From: Anthoceros angustus
Taxonomy: Eukaryota; Plantae; Anthocerotophyta
Length of the DNA stretch: 64,000 nucleotides
Assembly: GCA_010909165.1 (NCBI GenBank)
Contig: VJWM01000118.1
Coordinates: 62,001 to 126,000 of the forward strand
Reading direction: 5' to 3'
Shown: piece after piece, positions 35,622 through 49,104 of the stretch
Layout: each line of letters opens with the position of its first letter
Numbering within the stretch: the first letter of the stretch is position 1
The notes under the pieces: generated by a model
Told to the model about the DNA's origin: nothing
Database searches by the model: none
The model's input: the letters and a program-made list of their open reading frames with translations, nothing else
Made by a program: the position numbers and the translations under genes

Positions 35622-36079
35622 TTCTGCTTGATCACAGAACCCTAGCTTCTACCATATCTCGCCCGCGTACGTTTCACGAATCCCTGAATGCACATCGGCT
35701 TCCCTCCCTCGCTCCCTCGCTGCGCTGCTCGCGCAAAGTACACGCTCCACAGCCCCCTTCGCTCCCCCAGGCTCGGGCCTCAGCTCGCCGGTGAAACCAG
35801 CGTGAAAGGAGCTGAAAAATGGACTGGGTGGATAGACACCTACGTCCCGTTCGCGGGAGAGCACGTGCGATTTACAAACCATTACAAAATTGTGTCACTA
35901 TGCACGTATGTACATGCATAGCCTTGACTCCGGACGTCCGGATCATACATATAGATAGAGAATTGTAGTATTACCGAGAACGGTAAATAGAAACTTATAT
36001 CACTATTTAATATCTTCATATCCTTATTTCAATATAGGTATGTACTTAATAAATATAATAAAAAATAAAATTAGTATCT

Positions 36080-39000
36080 TGTCCTATCTAGAGGATGATC
36101 TTGCACGGAAGAACTCACACGAGGGAGGCCGGCGCACCCACGGAGTCGGACAATTTCAAACACACATCTGACCATCAAGGGACGTAAACCCATCCCAATA
36201 CTGATCCGCTCGCAAGCTACTCAACTGTGGAGTTCTATCTCAGCTATGTATGTGCACCCCCACTCTTAGGGTGCATATATGCCAATGTAATCGGCAAGTG
36301 GAGATTTTATAAATTGCAAAGATGGGAAGTCTCATCTACACCCAAGACGATAGGGAACAACCTCCGCAGGTTGCATAGCAGGTTTGCATAGTATATGTTT
36401 GAAATCATAAATAATGCTTGTGAGAAAGAGGGTGTACTAAGGAGGGTGAGGTGATGAGGGAGAGAGTCAGGTTCGTGTGAAGATGGTGACAAAATGAGAA
36501 GGGAATAGTGTCAAACTTAATACCAAGCCTACATAGCTTGTTGCAATTTGGAAGTGTAACATAAAATTGCAACAACGACTGTAACATGGGCTGCCATTTC
36601 TAGTAGGGACATGTGCCCCCAAATGCGACAGGTAGGGCCGCTTGTTGTCGTGCTAGATCCCATACAACACTCTCGAAGATACCTAGGACGATGGTATCTC
36701 CCAACACCTACATGAACTAGTTGTCGAAGTCCTTCAGGCTAGATATAGTTCGAATAAGATACCCGGGTGACGTCCGAAGCAGAAAGAGAGGATATCAAAG
36801 ACCACCTCTGGGTCCCCTAATTGAGAAAGGTCATTGATGTGAGCCAAGCCCTCCTTCAAAGCTGCATCCACCCCCCTTGGCACATTTAAGAGAGGGCATA
36901 ATACTTGAAGGAGACCAAACCTTGCACACTTCAAAATCTTAACTTTCAAACCAAGGCAAGAGAGGTCCAAGGAGAAGAGTTGAAGAACTTCATTAACCAT
37001 GTCCCTCAGCCCTAGGGTATGGCTGTCATTTGCCACTAACGGATAAAACCACTCCTAGTTCGAGGATGCAATTATCGATAGATCCCTAACGTACGCCATG
37101 GCGAAGAGGGCACCCCTCATACAATCCCCCTGCTTTGTGCTCCTCACCGAGTCAACCACAAAGACCCCTTCCACTTACAGACCATGCTGATAATAGAGGG
37201 TAGCGGGGGGAACCATAAAAAGAACAAACAAATGGAATAAAACTTGTCAGCTGCTCGCTTGCATCCTTGAGCTCGTTGAAAATGCCCACCCTAGAGATAA
37301 TGTTGAAGCATTCTTAACATCGATCTACAAGGCAACCCAATCCCAATGTGACTCAAGCACCGCCTCAACACCGAAGGCCACTGACTCACAACCCCCTAGA
37401 GTGGCAATCTAAGATTGGTGGGAACTGAGATGGGCCTGGAATTGCTTCCGGAGTTGGAATGCAATGTTGCGGCTAATAAGCCCCAAGGACGCCTCTCCAC
37501 GATGATAGGCCACACCCTTACCATGGGCTTCCCAAAGCCAATAACCTGATAGCACCCAATACTAAAGAAAGCTAGTAGGGGGTCTTACCTCTCATCACGG
37601 TCGCTACCTGAATACTAAGCTCCAAAAAACTACTAGAAGGATCCTCGAGAATAAAGTAGTCCTGGAAAAGATCGTATATCGTCCTTGTGAGAAAGAGGTG
37701 TACTAAGGAGGGTGAGGTGATGAGGAGAGAGTCAGTTCGTGTGAAGATGGTGACAAAATGAGAAGGGAATAGTGTCAAACTTAATACCAAGTTTACATAG
37801 CTTGTTGCAATTTGGAAGTGTAACATAAATTGCAACAACGATCAGAACATGGGCTGCCATTTCTAGTAGGGACATGTGCCCCAAATGCGTGTAGGGCCGC
37901 TTGTTGTCGTATAGATCCCATACAACACTCAAGATACCTAGGACGATGGTATCTCCCAACACCTACATGAACTAGTTGTCGAAGTCCTTCAGGCTAGATA
38001 TAGTTCGAATAAGATACCCGGGTGACGTCCGAAGCAGAAAGAGAGGATATCAAAGACCACCTCTGGGTCCCCTAATTGAGAAAGGTCATTGATGTGAGCC
38101 AAGCCCTCCTTCAAAGCTGCATCCACCCCCCTTGGCACATTTAAGAGAGGGCATAATACTTGAAGGAGACCAAACCTTGCACACTTCAAAATCTTAACTT
38201 TCAAACCAAGGCAAGAGAGGTCCAAGGAGAAGAGTTGAAGAACTTCATTAACCATGTCCCTCACTAGGGTATGGTCATTTGCCACTAACGGATAAAACCA
38301 CTCCTAGTTCGAGGATGCAATTATCGATAGATCCTAACGACGCCATGGCGAAGAGGGCACCTCATACAATCCCCCCGCTTGTGCTCCTCAGTCAACCACA
38401 AAGACCCTTCCACTTGCTGCACCATGCGATAATAGAGGGTAGCGGGGGGAACCATAAAAAGAACAAACAAATGGAATAAAACTTGTCAGCTGCTCGCTTG
38501 CATCCTTGAGCTCGTTGAAAATGCCCACCCTAGAGATAATGTTGAAGCATTCTTAACATCGATCTACAAGGCAACCCAATCCCAATGTGACTCAAGCACC
38601 AACACGAAGGCCACCGACTCACAACCCCTAGAGTGGCAATCTAAGATTGGTGGGAACTGAGATGGGCCTGGAATTGCTTCCGGAGTTGGAATGCAATGTT
38701 GCGGCTAATAAGCCCCAAGGACGCCTCTCCACGATGATAGGCCACACTTACCATGGGCTTCCCAAAGCCAATAACTGATAGCACCCAATACTAAAGAAAG
38801 CTAGTAGGGGGTCTTACCTCTCATCACGGTCGCTACCTGAATACTAAGCTCCAAAAAACTACTAGAAGGATCCTCGAGAATAAAGTAGTCCTGGAAAAGA
38901 TCGTATATCGTCCTTGACAGACCACCCAAAGAAAGTCAGGTGCAGTGGTAAGGGCTCGACCAAAAACTGCTTTTTACAAATATAAGGGCTCTTAAGCCAC

Positions 39001-39430
39001 GAACTCCATGATATCTAATGAAATGGGGTCCCTTATAGCCGGGTGAAGGGCATGAAGAGCAACGATGGTTTCTCCGGAGGCTGGTGCCACCACCTCCAGG
39101 CGAAGGGCTCGGGCAGCCCAAGCATACTCCCTAGCATGGCCCAGCAAAAGGTACCTCCTGATCACATGCCATTGTGGGGTCCTAACAAACCTGGTCCAAC
39201 TTAGCTAACTCCAATCTTGATCTCGCTGTGCGCCTTCCCTCCTCCTGTAGAACCTCCCATCCCCCCGCCCTCCCGCCCCAACCCCTCCCCGGCAGCGAGA
39301 TGGGAGATTACCTCCCCATGGCCAGAAGGACCACCCGTTCAACGTTACCACAAAGACACCAACGAGGAAAAAAAAGGAACAAAGACCAGGCAGCCTCGTT
39401 CTGAGAGTCCCAATAGGTTTTCTTCTTTGC
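36080..39430 (-). mobile_element. Decayed RLE-type (CRE-like) non-LTR retrotransposon with the RT region tandemly duplicated
   Basis: Frameshifted RT-like sequence (RLLAL..P...VWPIIV.E, GGCES, IDVKNAFN, SFYGSP, QGD...LFAM, ANDSH) and post-RT CERISIGMGLRP. Boundaries approximate. Confidence 0.75.
36417..38916. repeat. Tandem duplication of about 1.25 kb (copies 36417-37683 and 37684-38916)
   Basis: Near-identical copies, with junction microhomology CTTG at 36417, 37684 and 38913. Confidence 0.95.
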
Positions 39431-39490
39431 AATTGTGATGTTTAATAATGGTTAGATTGTTACGAAAAGAAGAACATCGTAAATGAAGAA

Positions 39491-40168
39491 TGTCATGCCG
39501 TGATACTAATCTCTGCACTTGGGTTTAGTGTTTGATTAGCATTAATTAATCTAATTACTTATCTTTAAGTAAGTAATTAGTGTTAATTAATCTAAGATGC
39601 TTATGTTAATTAAGCATTGATTAGTGATAATTAATCTAAGGTGCTTATGTTAATTAAGCATTGATTAGTGTTAAGTAAACATGGTTAGCAATAGCTAAGT
39701 GGATAAGCTCAAGTAATATGCTTGGCATATTCCTTGCATATTATAGTGTATTCTTAGAATACAATAGCTAAGTGGATAAGCTCAAGTAATATGCTTTGGC
39801 ATATTCCTTGCATATTATAGTGTATTCTTAGGATATTTACGGCATATGTCACGCCAATAGGATATCTTAGGAATAATGCCAGGCTATATATGACCCTTCC
39901 ATTGAGGACAAGCTCGGATCATAGCTTGTCCTCTAGATATGCAATGCAAGGGTGTTGTGAGGAGGCCAAAGCTATCACTCCGAGAGCGATGTGTGAGGAA
40001 TTTGCGTGTTGTTCTCGTGGGGAGAGTGTGTTTGTGCCACGACGTGCGAACTACTCCCTCCTGTTGTTATTGGTTGCACCTATATATCTAGATGCGTATT
40101 AGATTTGTTTGCTTGGTTGTTGATCGAGGAAGTGCTTATATGAATTCAAGTGCTTACCTCGTGCGACA
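39491..40168 (+). mobile_element. Solo LTR, about 680 bp
   Basis: TGTC...GACA ends flanked by a 4-bp direct repeat AGAA (39487-39490 and 40169-40172). Internal tandem repeats (about 42 bp and 73 bp), TATA-like CTATATATG near 39884, and an 11-bp-stem hairpin GAGGACAAGCT..AGCTTGTCCTC at about 39904-39932. Confidence 0.6.
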
Positions 40169-40386
40169 AGAACATCTATCTATTATTGGACAATATCCTT
40201 TAGACTATATGTATACTGCCTTTCCTGAGTTGCATTTAAAGCAACTTCAATAATAGAAAGATGATCACCGTCACTTCCTAGCAACGAACAATTAACATCT
40301 TCACTTTACTATTATGCAGCTCTTTGAGTAATAAGAAATTCTAATTATATTGCTAATTGCTGTACAAGAACTAAAGACCCATCAAT

Positions 40387-43374
40387 TTAATTACCAACAT
40401 CTGCTTTGAATAGCTTGAGTCGTTCTGAAGCGGCCTTTGATTTACCCTTCTTCTTCCTCTTCTTTGTATTCTTCTTGGACTTGGAATTCATAGACTGGGT
40501 CTTTTGTGATCGTTTCTTTGAACGATTTCGAACTTTCACCTTTTCTGCTACTGATTTCTTGTTTGAGTACCCTGCATCATCCGTATTTGTCTCAACAAAC
40601 AGGCAAGGGGGATTCAACATACTTTTGAATAATGATAGATACTTCGTTTGTGTAGTAACTATAGTGACACGCTCACATGCGCTTGATTGCAAGTGGTCAA
40701 GAAAGATAAACCATTCTCGTGTCACCTTGTTTACCATCCATAAAATATATTTCTTCATGAAATAGTCGGTTGCACTTGAACTCATTTCTTCTTTTTCCTG
40801 TTGTATGCAATCCACATCGATCGCAGCATCAAGTAGACACACATCTTTGATCCCAAAATGAATTAGTCTTTTAGACATTGTCATGAAAATTCCTTTCACT
40901 TCGTCCACCATATCTTTGTGTTGAGAGAGAAAATGCACGTTCGCACCACAAAGTCTTAATATCATCTCTCCATTCTCCATGAGAATTTCAAAATGACCAT
41001 CAATAATCCGGTGAACTCGCTTTAGTGGATACGAATATCTATTTGAAACCTGCACAACAAATACATCAAAAATTAATTTTCAAGCGACATGATATGACAA
41101 TGAAAGCTTCACATGTGGGAATTTAGCATGCTCAGAAAAATGGGACCACGTACATTGGGAGATGCTTATTTTACTAGCGAAGATAATATCTAATGTCAAA
41201 TACTATTATGAAATCCTAAATAAGTATTGCATGAGAATAACCCTAATTAGATAAGAGCATGAGAAAACCTTGGCAATAAATATGATCACGAATTTTGACC
41301 AATTTGAACTGTTAAAATATTATCATAATCATATAATAACTTCTAGTAACTATATAGAAAACTTAGGAGGGGAAAGGGAGAGACAAAGACTAGGGAATTC
41401 ATAAAACTATGACTTGCACAATTGTATGTCAACATGCGAGTTTCAAAGCAAAACCATTTGTATTGTAATGGTAATGGTAATTGGGTAATATGATAAGTCA
41501 ATGAAAAGATCTTACCTCGTTATGAATTTCACGTCGTTCATGAGCTTCTTGTGCAGAGCAACCTGATTTGAGAGAAGTTACTTCTTTTATTGTGGAAGAG
41601 TAATCGAATCAAGCAAGTTTTGGAATAATCTAACATATTCCTCCGCATAATGTGATATACATATACGCTCAAACCGAGAAGCCTTTAACTCTTCCTCGAA
41701 AAGAGAACCCATTCTTGCTTCACCTTCCAAACAAGTCTGCTCACATGCCTCTCCACAAGCTTGTTATTTTCACTTGCACTATCATTGTGTGCTTCAAATT
41801 CATTTCGAGCATTGTACGATGAAGGTCCGAGTTGTTTGCAATAAGGATATATCACGCATCCTAGACTTTACATATCGCTCTCCCATTTTATAAACATGTA
41901 CCTCATTTCTTTCAATATAACGTCATGTGTGTGTAAGACATGTGACTTCACAACATAATATTTCAAAGTCACAATCCTTCCTCGTTAATGTATCCAAAAT
42001 GTCCTCTATAAAGTCTTGTATTCGCATTTCCTTCTAATTGAAACTGCACAACAAATACATCAAAATTAATTTTCAAGCGACATGATATGACAATGAAAGC
42101 TTCACATGTGGGAATTTAGCATGCTCGGAAAAATGGGACCACGTACATTGGGAGATGCTTATTTTACTAGCGAAGATAATATCTAATGTCAAATACTATT
42201 ATGAAATCCTAAATAAGTATTGCATGAGAATAACCCTAATTAGATAAGAGCATGAGAAAACCTTGGCAATAAATATGATCACGAATTTTGACCAATTTGA
42301 ACTGTTAAAATATTATCATAATCATATAATAACTTCTAGTAACTATATAGAAAACTTAGGAGGGGAAAGGGAGAGACAAAGACTAGGGAATTCATAAAAC
42401 TATGACTTGCACAATTGTATGTCAACATGCGAGTTTCAAAGCGCAAAACCATTTGTATTGTAATGGTAATGGTAATTGGGTAATATGATAAGTCAATGAA
42501 AAGATCTTACCTCGTTATGAATTTCACGTCGTTCATGAGCTTCTTGTGCAGAGCAACCTGATTTGAGAGAAGTTACTTCTTTTATTGTGGAAGAGTAATC
42601 AGAATCAAGCAAGTTTTGGAATAATCTAACATATTCCTCCAGACAATGTGATATACATATACGTTCAAACTGAGAAGCCTTTAACTCTTCTGAAAAGAGA
42701 ACCCATTCTTGCTTCACCTTCCAAACAAGTCTGTTCACATGCCTCTCCACAAGCTTGTTATTTTCACTTGCACTATCATTGTGTGCTTCAAATTCATTTC
42801 TGAGCATTGTACGATGAAGGTCTGGAGTTGTTTGCAATAAGGATATATCACGCATCCTAGACTTTACATATCGCTCTCCCATTTTTATAAACATGTACCT
42901 CATTTCTTTCAATATAACGTCATGTGTGTGTAAGACATGTGACTTCACAACATAATATTTCAAAGCTGTCAATCCTTCCTCGTTAATGTATCCAAAATGT
43001 CCCTCTATAAAGTCTTGTATTCGCATTTCCTTCTAATTGCCACAATGAGAAAAAGACTCACAATGCTAGAAAACGAAGGATAATTTAAGAACAAAAATAT
43101 TTAGGCAACATCATATGGAAGCTCAAGAACATAGCAGAAATATTAATGCATTATCATATGGAAGCCTAACAACATAGCAGAAATATTCATGCATTATCAT
43201 ATAGAAGTTTAACAACATAGCAGAAATATTCATGCAATATTACATGGAAGCTTAACAACATAGCTAGAATATTCATGCAACATTACATGAAAGCTTAACA
43301 ACATAGTAGAAATATTCATGCAGTATCACATGAAAGCTTAACAACATAGAAAGGTATACCTCATAAGTTGTCAT
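40387..43374 (-). CDS. Unknown protein made of repeated homologous phase-0 exons of about 170 aa plus a Lys/Arg-rich tail
   Basis: Micro-exon MTTYE|GTATAC (43374-43360); exon about 43032-42511 (ends HNE|GTAAGA); a duplicated exon copy at about 42033-41516; terminal exon 41049-40387 (TGCAG|VSNRY). Exons 2 and 3 align: RIQDFIEGHF~RVHRIIDGHF, KVKQEWVLF~KVTREWFIF, FERICI~CERVTI, YVRLFQNLL~YLSLFKSML. Confidence 0.6.
41043..43039. repeat. Tandem duplication of about 1.0 kb covering one intron plus one exon
   Basis: Copies 41043-42037 and 42038-43039 are near-identical, with junction microhomology TTG. Confidence 0.95.
43110..43350. repeat. 43-bp minisatellite, 5-6 copies, in intron 1 of the unknown gene
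   Basis: Unit approximately atatggaagcttaacaacatagcagaaatattcatgcattatc. Confidence 0.9.
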
Positions 43375-43920
43375 TTTTTCTTCACACATGCCTCAATCCT
43401 ATTGCCAGTCACACACATATATAGCTTAGATATGAGTCTAGAATCGATGTTATCATTAAGATTTTCAAAATCTATCCTTAATTTGGACATTTTTTCAATT
43501 TGGATCTGTTATCCTTAAGATTTATAGAATCTATCCTTAACTTGGATATTTTATCAATCTGGATCTTTTATGTACTGTCATAAAACTTGTGTTGTGCACG
43601 ATTGCCACGCCCTAAAAGAAACTCTTTTTTTCTATTAATATCTTTAAAAATACAGCTTTGATATATTGTAATGCTTCGGCACAACGCTACCCACCAACTT
43701 CCCCCGTGAGGCGTTGTTAGAGAGACTTGTTCAAAAAATCAAAGGGAGAATGAGTTCCCTTTATGAAGAATTAAAGGCTTTTCAGTTTGAATGTTTATGG
43801 ATGTCACATTGTCTCTAGCTATATATTGGAATATTTCCAAACAAAGTTCCCTAGTAGCAAGAAGTTCACGTTTGATCAATATGTCACACCCAGAACTGAG
43901 GACGATGATGCAGCAGACGG

Positions 43921-44745
43921 TTAAGAGAATACTAGTTAGGATCGAGGTTTTGTCATGAACCAGTGCCCTTGGATTGTGCTCTTGTCCCCAGCGCCTTGGC
44001 ATTGCGGATAAGTCCTTACACGCATCTTGAGGGACGGCGCTTTAAGCACACTCGTATTTTTGATGTATGCTTGGAAATTGTAGATGGATACCTTTGATTG
44101 GATGACAAAGAGCTCACGCAAAGGCAAAGGCTCGCGCAGCAAAGGCTGTTGAAGAATCCAAAGGCGGAAGCCCTCTCAACTACCGCATGTGTATGAAAAA
44201 AGGAGAATCTAAGAGGATATCGCATGCAGAATAAACATGGAATAAGAAGGCACATGGTAGACATACCAGACTTCAAACTTTTGGCTGCTTACCCTTGCAC
44301 AGAACAAGATGTCAAATCTTTGCTTGAGGGCACACTTATATTGGACATCATCGAATGTGGAATCTCCAACCAAGGGTTTGAGCGCATCATCGCAAACCTA
44401 TAGCGAGAGATGCAAATGTAGATTCAACATGAAGTCAAGAAGGTAGTTGAGCAAGAAGTTGAGAAATTGTAGCATGAAAGAAACTTATGCAATCCTTTTA
44501 CGAATATCTGGAAACAAAAATACAAAAGGAGAAGAAGAATGTGATGCAAGACATGTAGAGAATAAGGAGACGCATTACAACACTCAAAGTTTTGCTGGGG
44601 GAAGATGGTGCTGTAAAAGATATATGAACCAAGCTTGTTCAAGGCCGAGTTCAATGGAGTATGTGTCGCGTATAAGAGAAAGTTAGGGGAACTCATTTTT
44701 CACGAGGTGCTGTGGGAGGCAATAGGTCCAGAGGATGGTACTAGT
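43921..44745 (+). pseudogene. Decayed unknown coiled-coil ORF, divergent from the repeated-exon gene
   Basis: A protein-like frame from 43921 (…DDKELTQRQRLAQQRLLKNPKAEALS…FERIIANL*REMQM*IQHEVKKVVEQEVEKL*) is interrupted almost only by TAG/TGA stops explicable as CAG/CGA C-to-T changes, plus a frameshift near 44485. Confidence 0.5.
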
Positions 44746-44975
44746 AGCAGCACCAACAACTTTATTGATGTGAATGGTAATGGCATCAGCACCGACCTCA
44801 ATTTTAGCGACCTTTAGACATGAACCTTAGTAGCAAGGTCATAGCTGGCCATTGGTTTTTGCGGCCAATTTTGTCCTTCAAGAACGTACTAACTATGGAG
44901 AAAAGTTAGAAGGAAGGAGCGGAGAGACCAAAATTAGGGAATTCAGAAAAACTAGAACTTGAACAATTATATGTC

Positions 44976-45093
44976 AACATACAAGTTCCAATACCACATA
45001 CAACCCCAAGTTCCAACATACAACCCCAAGTTCCGACATACAACCCCAAGTTCCAACATACAAGTTCCAACATACAACCCCAAGTTCCGATAC
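44976..45093. repeat. 20-bp tandem repeat (CATACAACCCCAAGTTCCAA), 5-6 copies
   Basis: Read directly; it sits inside a diverged copy of the 42340-42545 intron/exon-end sequence. Confidence 0.9.
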
Positions 45094-46556
45094 CACCTTT
45101 ACTGCAATGGTGGTGATAATCGAGTAATGTCATAACAAATAAATAAAAAGAGATCTTATCTCATGATGAATTTATCGCTGTTAATGAGCTCAAGTCTTCG
45201 GGTTAAACAAATATGATCTAGAAGAAGTAACTACTTCTACCTAGTCATGCCCATTCAATATAACTCTAGGGCCACAGCTAGATTCGGCTTCTCTGGTACT
45301 AGAAGCTGTGTCCGTATCTTTCTACTGAAGTGTGGCGTGTTTTTCTACTTGAATGTTTTGTCTGAGCATGCTTTTAGTGTTGCCACGCAGAATTCGCTGC
45401 TAGGTAGCGGATGTCTTGCACATCATGTGCGTTGCTGAGCGGTAAAGGCATTTTACACGTCTTGTCGAGAAGGACATGGCCAGTTTTTCCTATTTAATTG
45501 CGTTAATGAATCGTTATCTCGCTGGGCAACTGCCATTCAATCAATCTGGGCATTTTTTGCTATGTTCAGCGCTTAATCCTTATGTGAAGTAACGAGTTTG
45601 TTGGTTGAAGGCTTTTCTTATGATTGTGATGCTGCTTGCACGACAATGGCCCAGTAACGCTATAATAGGATCGAAGAAGTTTCAAGGCGAGCTGAATGGA
45701 TCCCTAGTGTGATGGCACGAGCTTACTTGAATGGATGGATGGCTCGCACTATGTTGCCCCCCTCCCCCCGCCCGCCCACTCCCCTCTTGACGATATCGCC
45801 CTCGATGACATTGTCGCATAATGCTATCATGACTCTGACTCTCCACAATCATCCCAATGAGAATTTATCTATCAACAATGTTCGATGTGGATAACAGTTT
45901 TGCGGATAGGTTACTACTCGGTGGGTATGAAAGAAGGATCTCAAGCCCCTAGTTAGGAGCCAACGAAATCAGAAGACCTTTACTACTGTGGGCAGTAGAG
46001 CTCTGCGTCAAGGCCATATTCAGGTCCCAACTTCAGAGCAAGTTGGCTGTCCCGGGAACTTTAATCAACCGACACAAGAAAGAACAAAGTTATGGGAATA
46101 TTGTAGCTAATAGCTGCGCGGATGACTATCTAGTAATCTTTCATGGGCTTGGGGCCGCTGGTGGGTTGTTCCCCATGGCCTAGGTGTAGGTGGGACTTCC
46201 CATGTCTACATGTGCTGTAATCTTTCATTGGGTATATAATGATTTTTTTTTGTGAAACACCTACATAAAAGCATCCTTCCACAAAGAACGATTTCCAGCA
46301 AGTGCACACGCGGAGAAAGTCCACTGGAGCTGGCGAAATTAGGCTTTCGCCGGTGTTCACGCGCCGTCTGCGAAAGAATCGAGAAGACGACAGAGAACCC
46401 GAGAGAACTGGGCAGAGGCCGAGACGATGGAGCAGATGTGCTGATTCTGGCCCTGTAGTCGTGAAGGCGAGGTGGGTTTGGCAAGTTCGTCCCTGTATGG
46501 AGCTCGGAGGGCGAGGGGGGGGCGCATACGGAGCGAGCTGGTCTTGGTAGGCTGTG

Positions 46557-49104
46557 ATGGGATCCAACCTGCTGCCGTTCACGAGTCGTGATGCGCATTA
46601 CGACAACGCCAAGTTCCGCAGGCGATCCGCGACTCAGGTATTCTGCCTTGCTGCAAGGAGCGCTGCCGGAGTGAGATCTGTGGCTGTGGAACCGCTAGTT
46701 GTGACTGAATTGATGCTGTGTGGAGCAGGTTGTGAGCCAAGCAATTTTGACCAGCAATGTGCGGCGAAACTGCGGATCGTGTAGCACTGGCAAGATTTTG
46801 TCGCTACTTTTGATTCTCGGGTTCGGTTACCTGTATGTGGTGCATTCCGGGGATATTGGAAGTGTGGTAGGTCCTCTGCGCGGTGATGCAGATGGCGGCA
46901 CGGGGAATCAGGCAGCAGATTCTAGATTGAAGGCTTTTCTGAAGAGGAAACCACCGATTTTGGCGCCTCTACTGGATCAGATCGGGAGGCATGCTAGGAA
47001 TGGTAGCAGGGATGATCATGACGAGCAACGGGAGAGGTTTGAGGGCTTACAAGCCGATGCGCTGTGGAAGACCAGGCAGGCGGAAGTTGTGGAGGCTTTC
47101 AAGCATGCCTGGAATGGTTATAAGAGCTATGCAATGGGGTATGATGCGCTGCAGCCGGTGAGCAAGGATGGAGTCGACGATCTGGGGGGACTGGGAGCTA
47201 CGGTTGTGGATGCTCTGGATACTGCCATGATAATGGACCTCGGTGATGTTGTTAAAGAGGCTGGATCGTGGATTGAGGATAATCTGTCAGCAAGATTGCA
47301 TGACAGGGGGCAGGTAAACTTTTTTGAGACGACTATCCGTGTTCTAGGTGGCCTGTTGAGTGCTTATCATCTCAGTGGTGGAGCAACACCGGCAGGGGAA
47401 GCACTCAGGTGGGGAGCAACAGGGAACGCTCATCTCCAGGGGCCAAACCCTCAGGTTTATCTGGACAGAGCAAAAGATCTTGCGAGTCGCCTCATGGCTG
47501 CCTTCACTTCCAGTCCATCAGCGATTCCATACTCGGACGTTTTTCTTAGGGATAAGACTGCCAAACCTGCTGGTGGTGACGGTGGTGCCAGCAGCACTGC
47601 AGAAGTAGCAACCGTGCAACTTGAGTTTGGATACTTGAGTGAAGTTTCTGGTGATCCTGCTTACTCCCGTGCCTCCATGCGCGTTTATGAGCACTTCAAA
47701 GATCTTCCCAAGGATGAGGGACTGGTTCCAATCTACGTCAGGTATTCGTTGCTCGCCAAATAAACCCTGTTTGACGTGATGTTTTCAGTAACTTCAGTGT
47801 CAAAGCTGCTGCTGAGGCTAATTTTTGGGGATTGTATTGCAGTCCCCACTCTGGCCAATTTCAAGGGAACAACATAAGATTGGGATCAAGGGGTGACAGC
47901 TATTATGAATACTTGCTCAAGGTATGGCTCCAGCAGGGGGGGGCTGATTCGAAGACAGCCCATGTGTCTTACTTGAGAGAGATGTATGATGAGGCGATGC
48001 AAGGTGTAAAGCGTCTCCTTGTAAGAAAGTCTTCTCCAAATGGTCTTGTTTTTGTGGGAGAATACCCAAACGGTGTTCATGGGAGCTTCAGCCCTAAGAT
48101 GGATCACCTAGTAAGTGTCGAAATCATGCAGACTCAAAATCTTTTTTGCATAAGCGTTTTTTTGCAATTGTAGCTTGATAAGGTTGAAATCAAGGGACTT
48201 GGCTAGCTGAGGGCCTTCAATTTGTGACAGTGATTGCACATGTACTTAATGGAAATCTGCTGTAAACGGTTGAAGGTGTGCTTTTTAGCAGGGAATCTTG
48301 CCCTAGGTGCAACAAAAGGCCTGACTAAACTGCAAGCACAACAAAAGAATTTCTTGACTGAAAGAGATCTTCAAGACCTGCAGCTGGCGGAAGATTTGGG
48401 AAAGACATGTTACGAGTTGTATGCTGTGACAGCAACTGGACTTGCACCCGAGATTGTCTACTTCAACATCGGTGTAAGCAGTAACAATGACTCCTCTCTG
48501 AAGTCATTTCTGTCTTTGTTGCTGCCACTGATTCTGTGACGGGCAACACTGTCCGCAAGACAAGAGGTATGACAAAGTTATGTGCAAACGCAGGGAGAAG
48601 TCAGGAACAACACCAGTGACGGAAACTCCCAAGTGGATTACTCCCAGGACATTGTCATCAGACCTTTGGATCGTCACAATCTTCTCCGTCCCGAGACAGT
48701 GGAATCTCTCTTCATACTCTATCGCATCACGGGGAATGTCAAGTAAGATCTGACTCTTCCCAGCGATTTCCTAAGCATCTCGTGGGCAGCATTCTTAAAT
48801 TCTGCTATCGATTTGCCCTAACGGCCATGACGTTTTATGCTGCAATAGGTACCGCGACTGGGGTTGGAAAATATTTCAGTCGTTTGAGACACACACAAAA
48901 GTGGGATCGGGGGGCTACAGCTCCGTCAACGACGTCACAGTGGTTCCTCCACCGACAAGAAACAAACAAGAAACTTTCTTCCTGGGGGAAACTTTGAAGT
49001 ACTTGTATCTACTGTTCGGACGCACGGACGTGCTGCCATTGACAGAATTTGTGTTCAACACAGAGGCTCATCCTCTGCCGATCAAAAGATCGCCGCACCC
49101 GTAA
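46557..49104 (+). CDS. MNS3: Class I alpha-1,2-mannosidase (GH47), MNS3 type, 6 exons
   Basis: The N-terminus [24 protein letters not shown]|...CSTGKIL matches MNS3. GH47 motifs: [72 protein letters not shown]. Confidence 0.95.
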
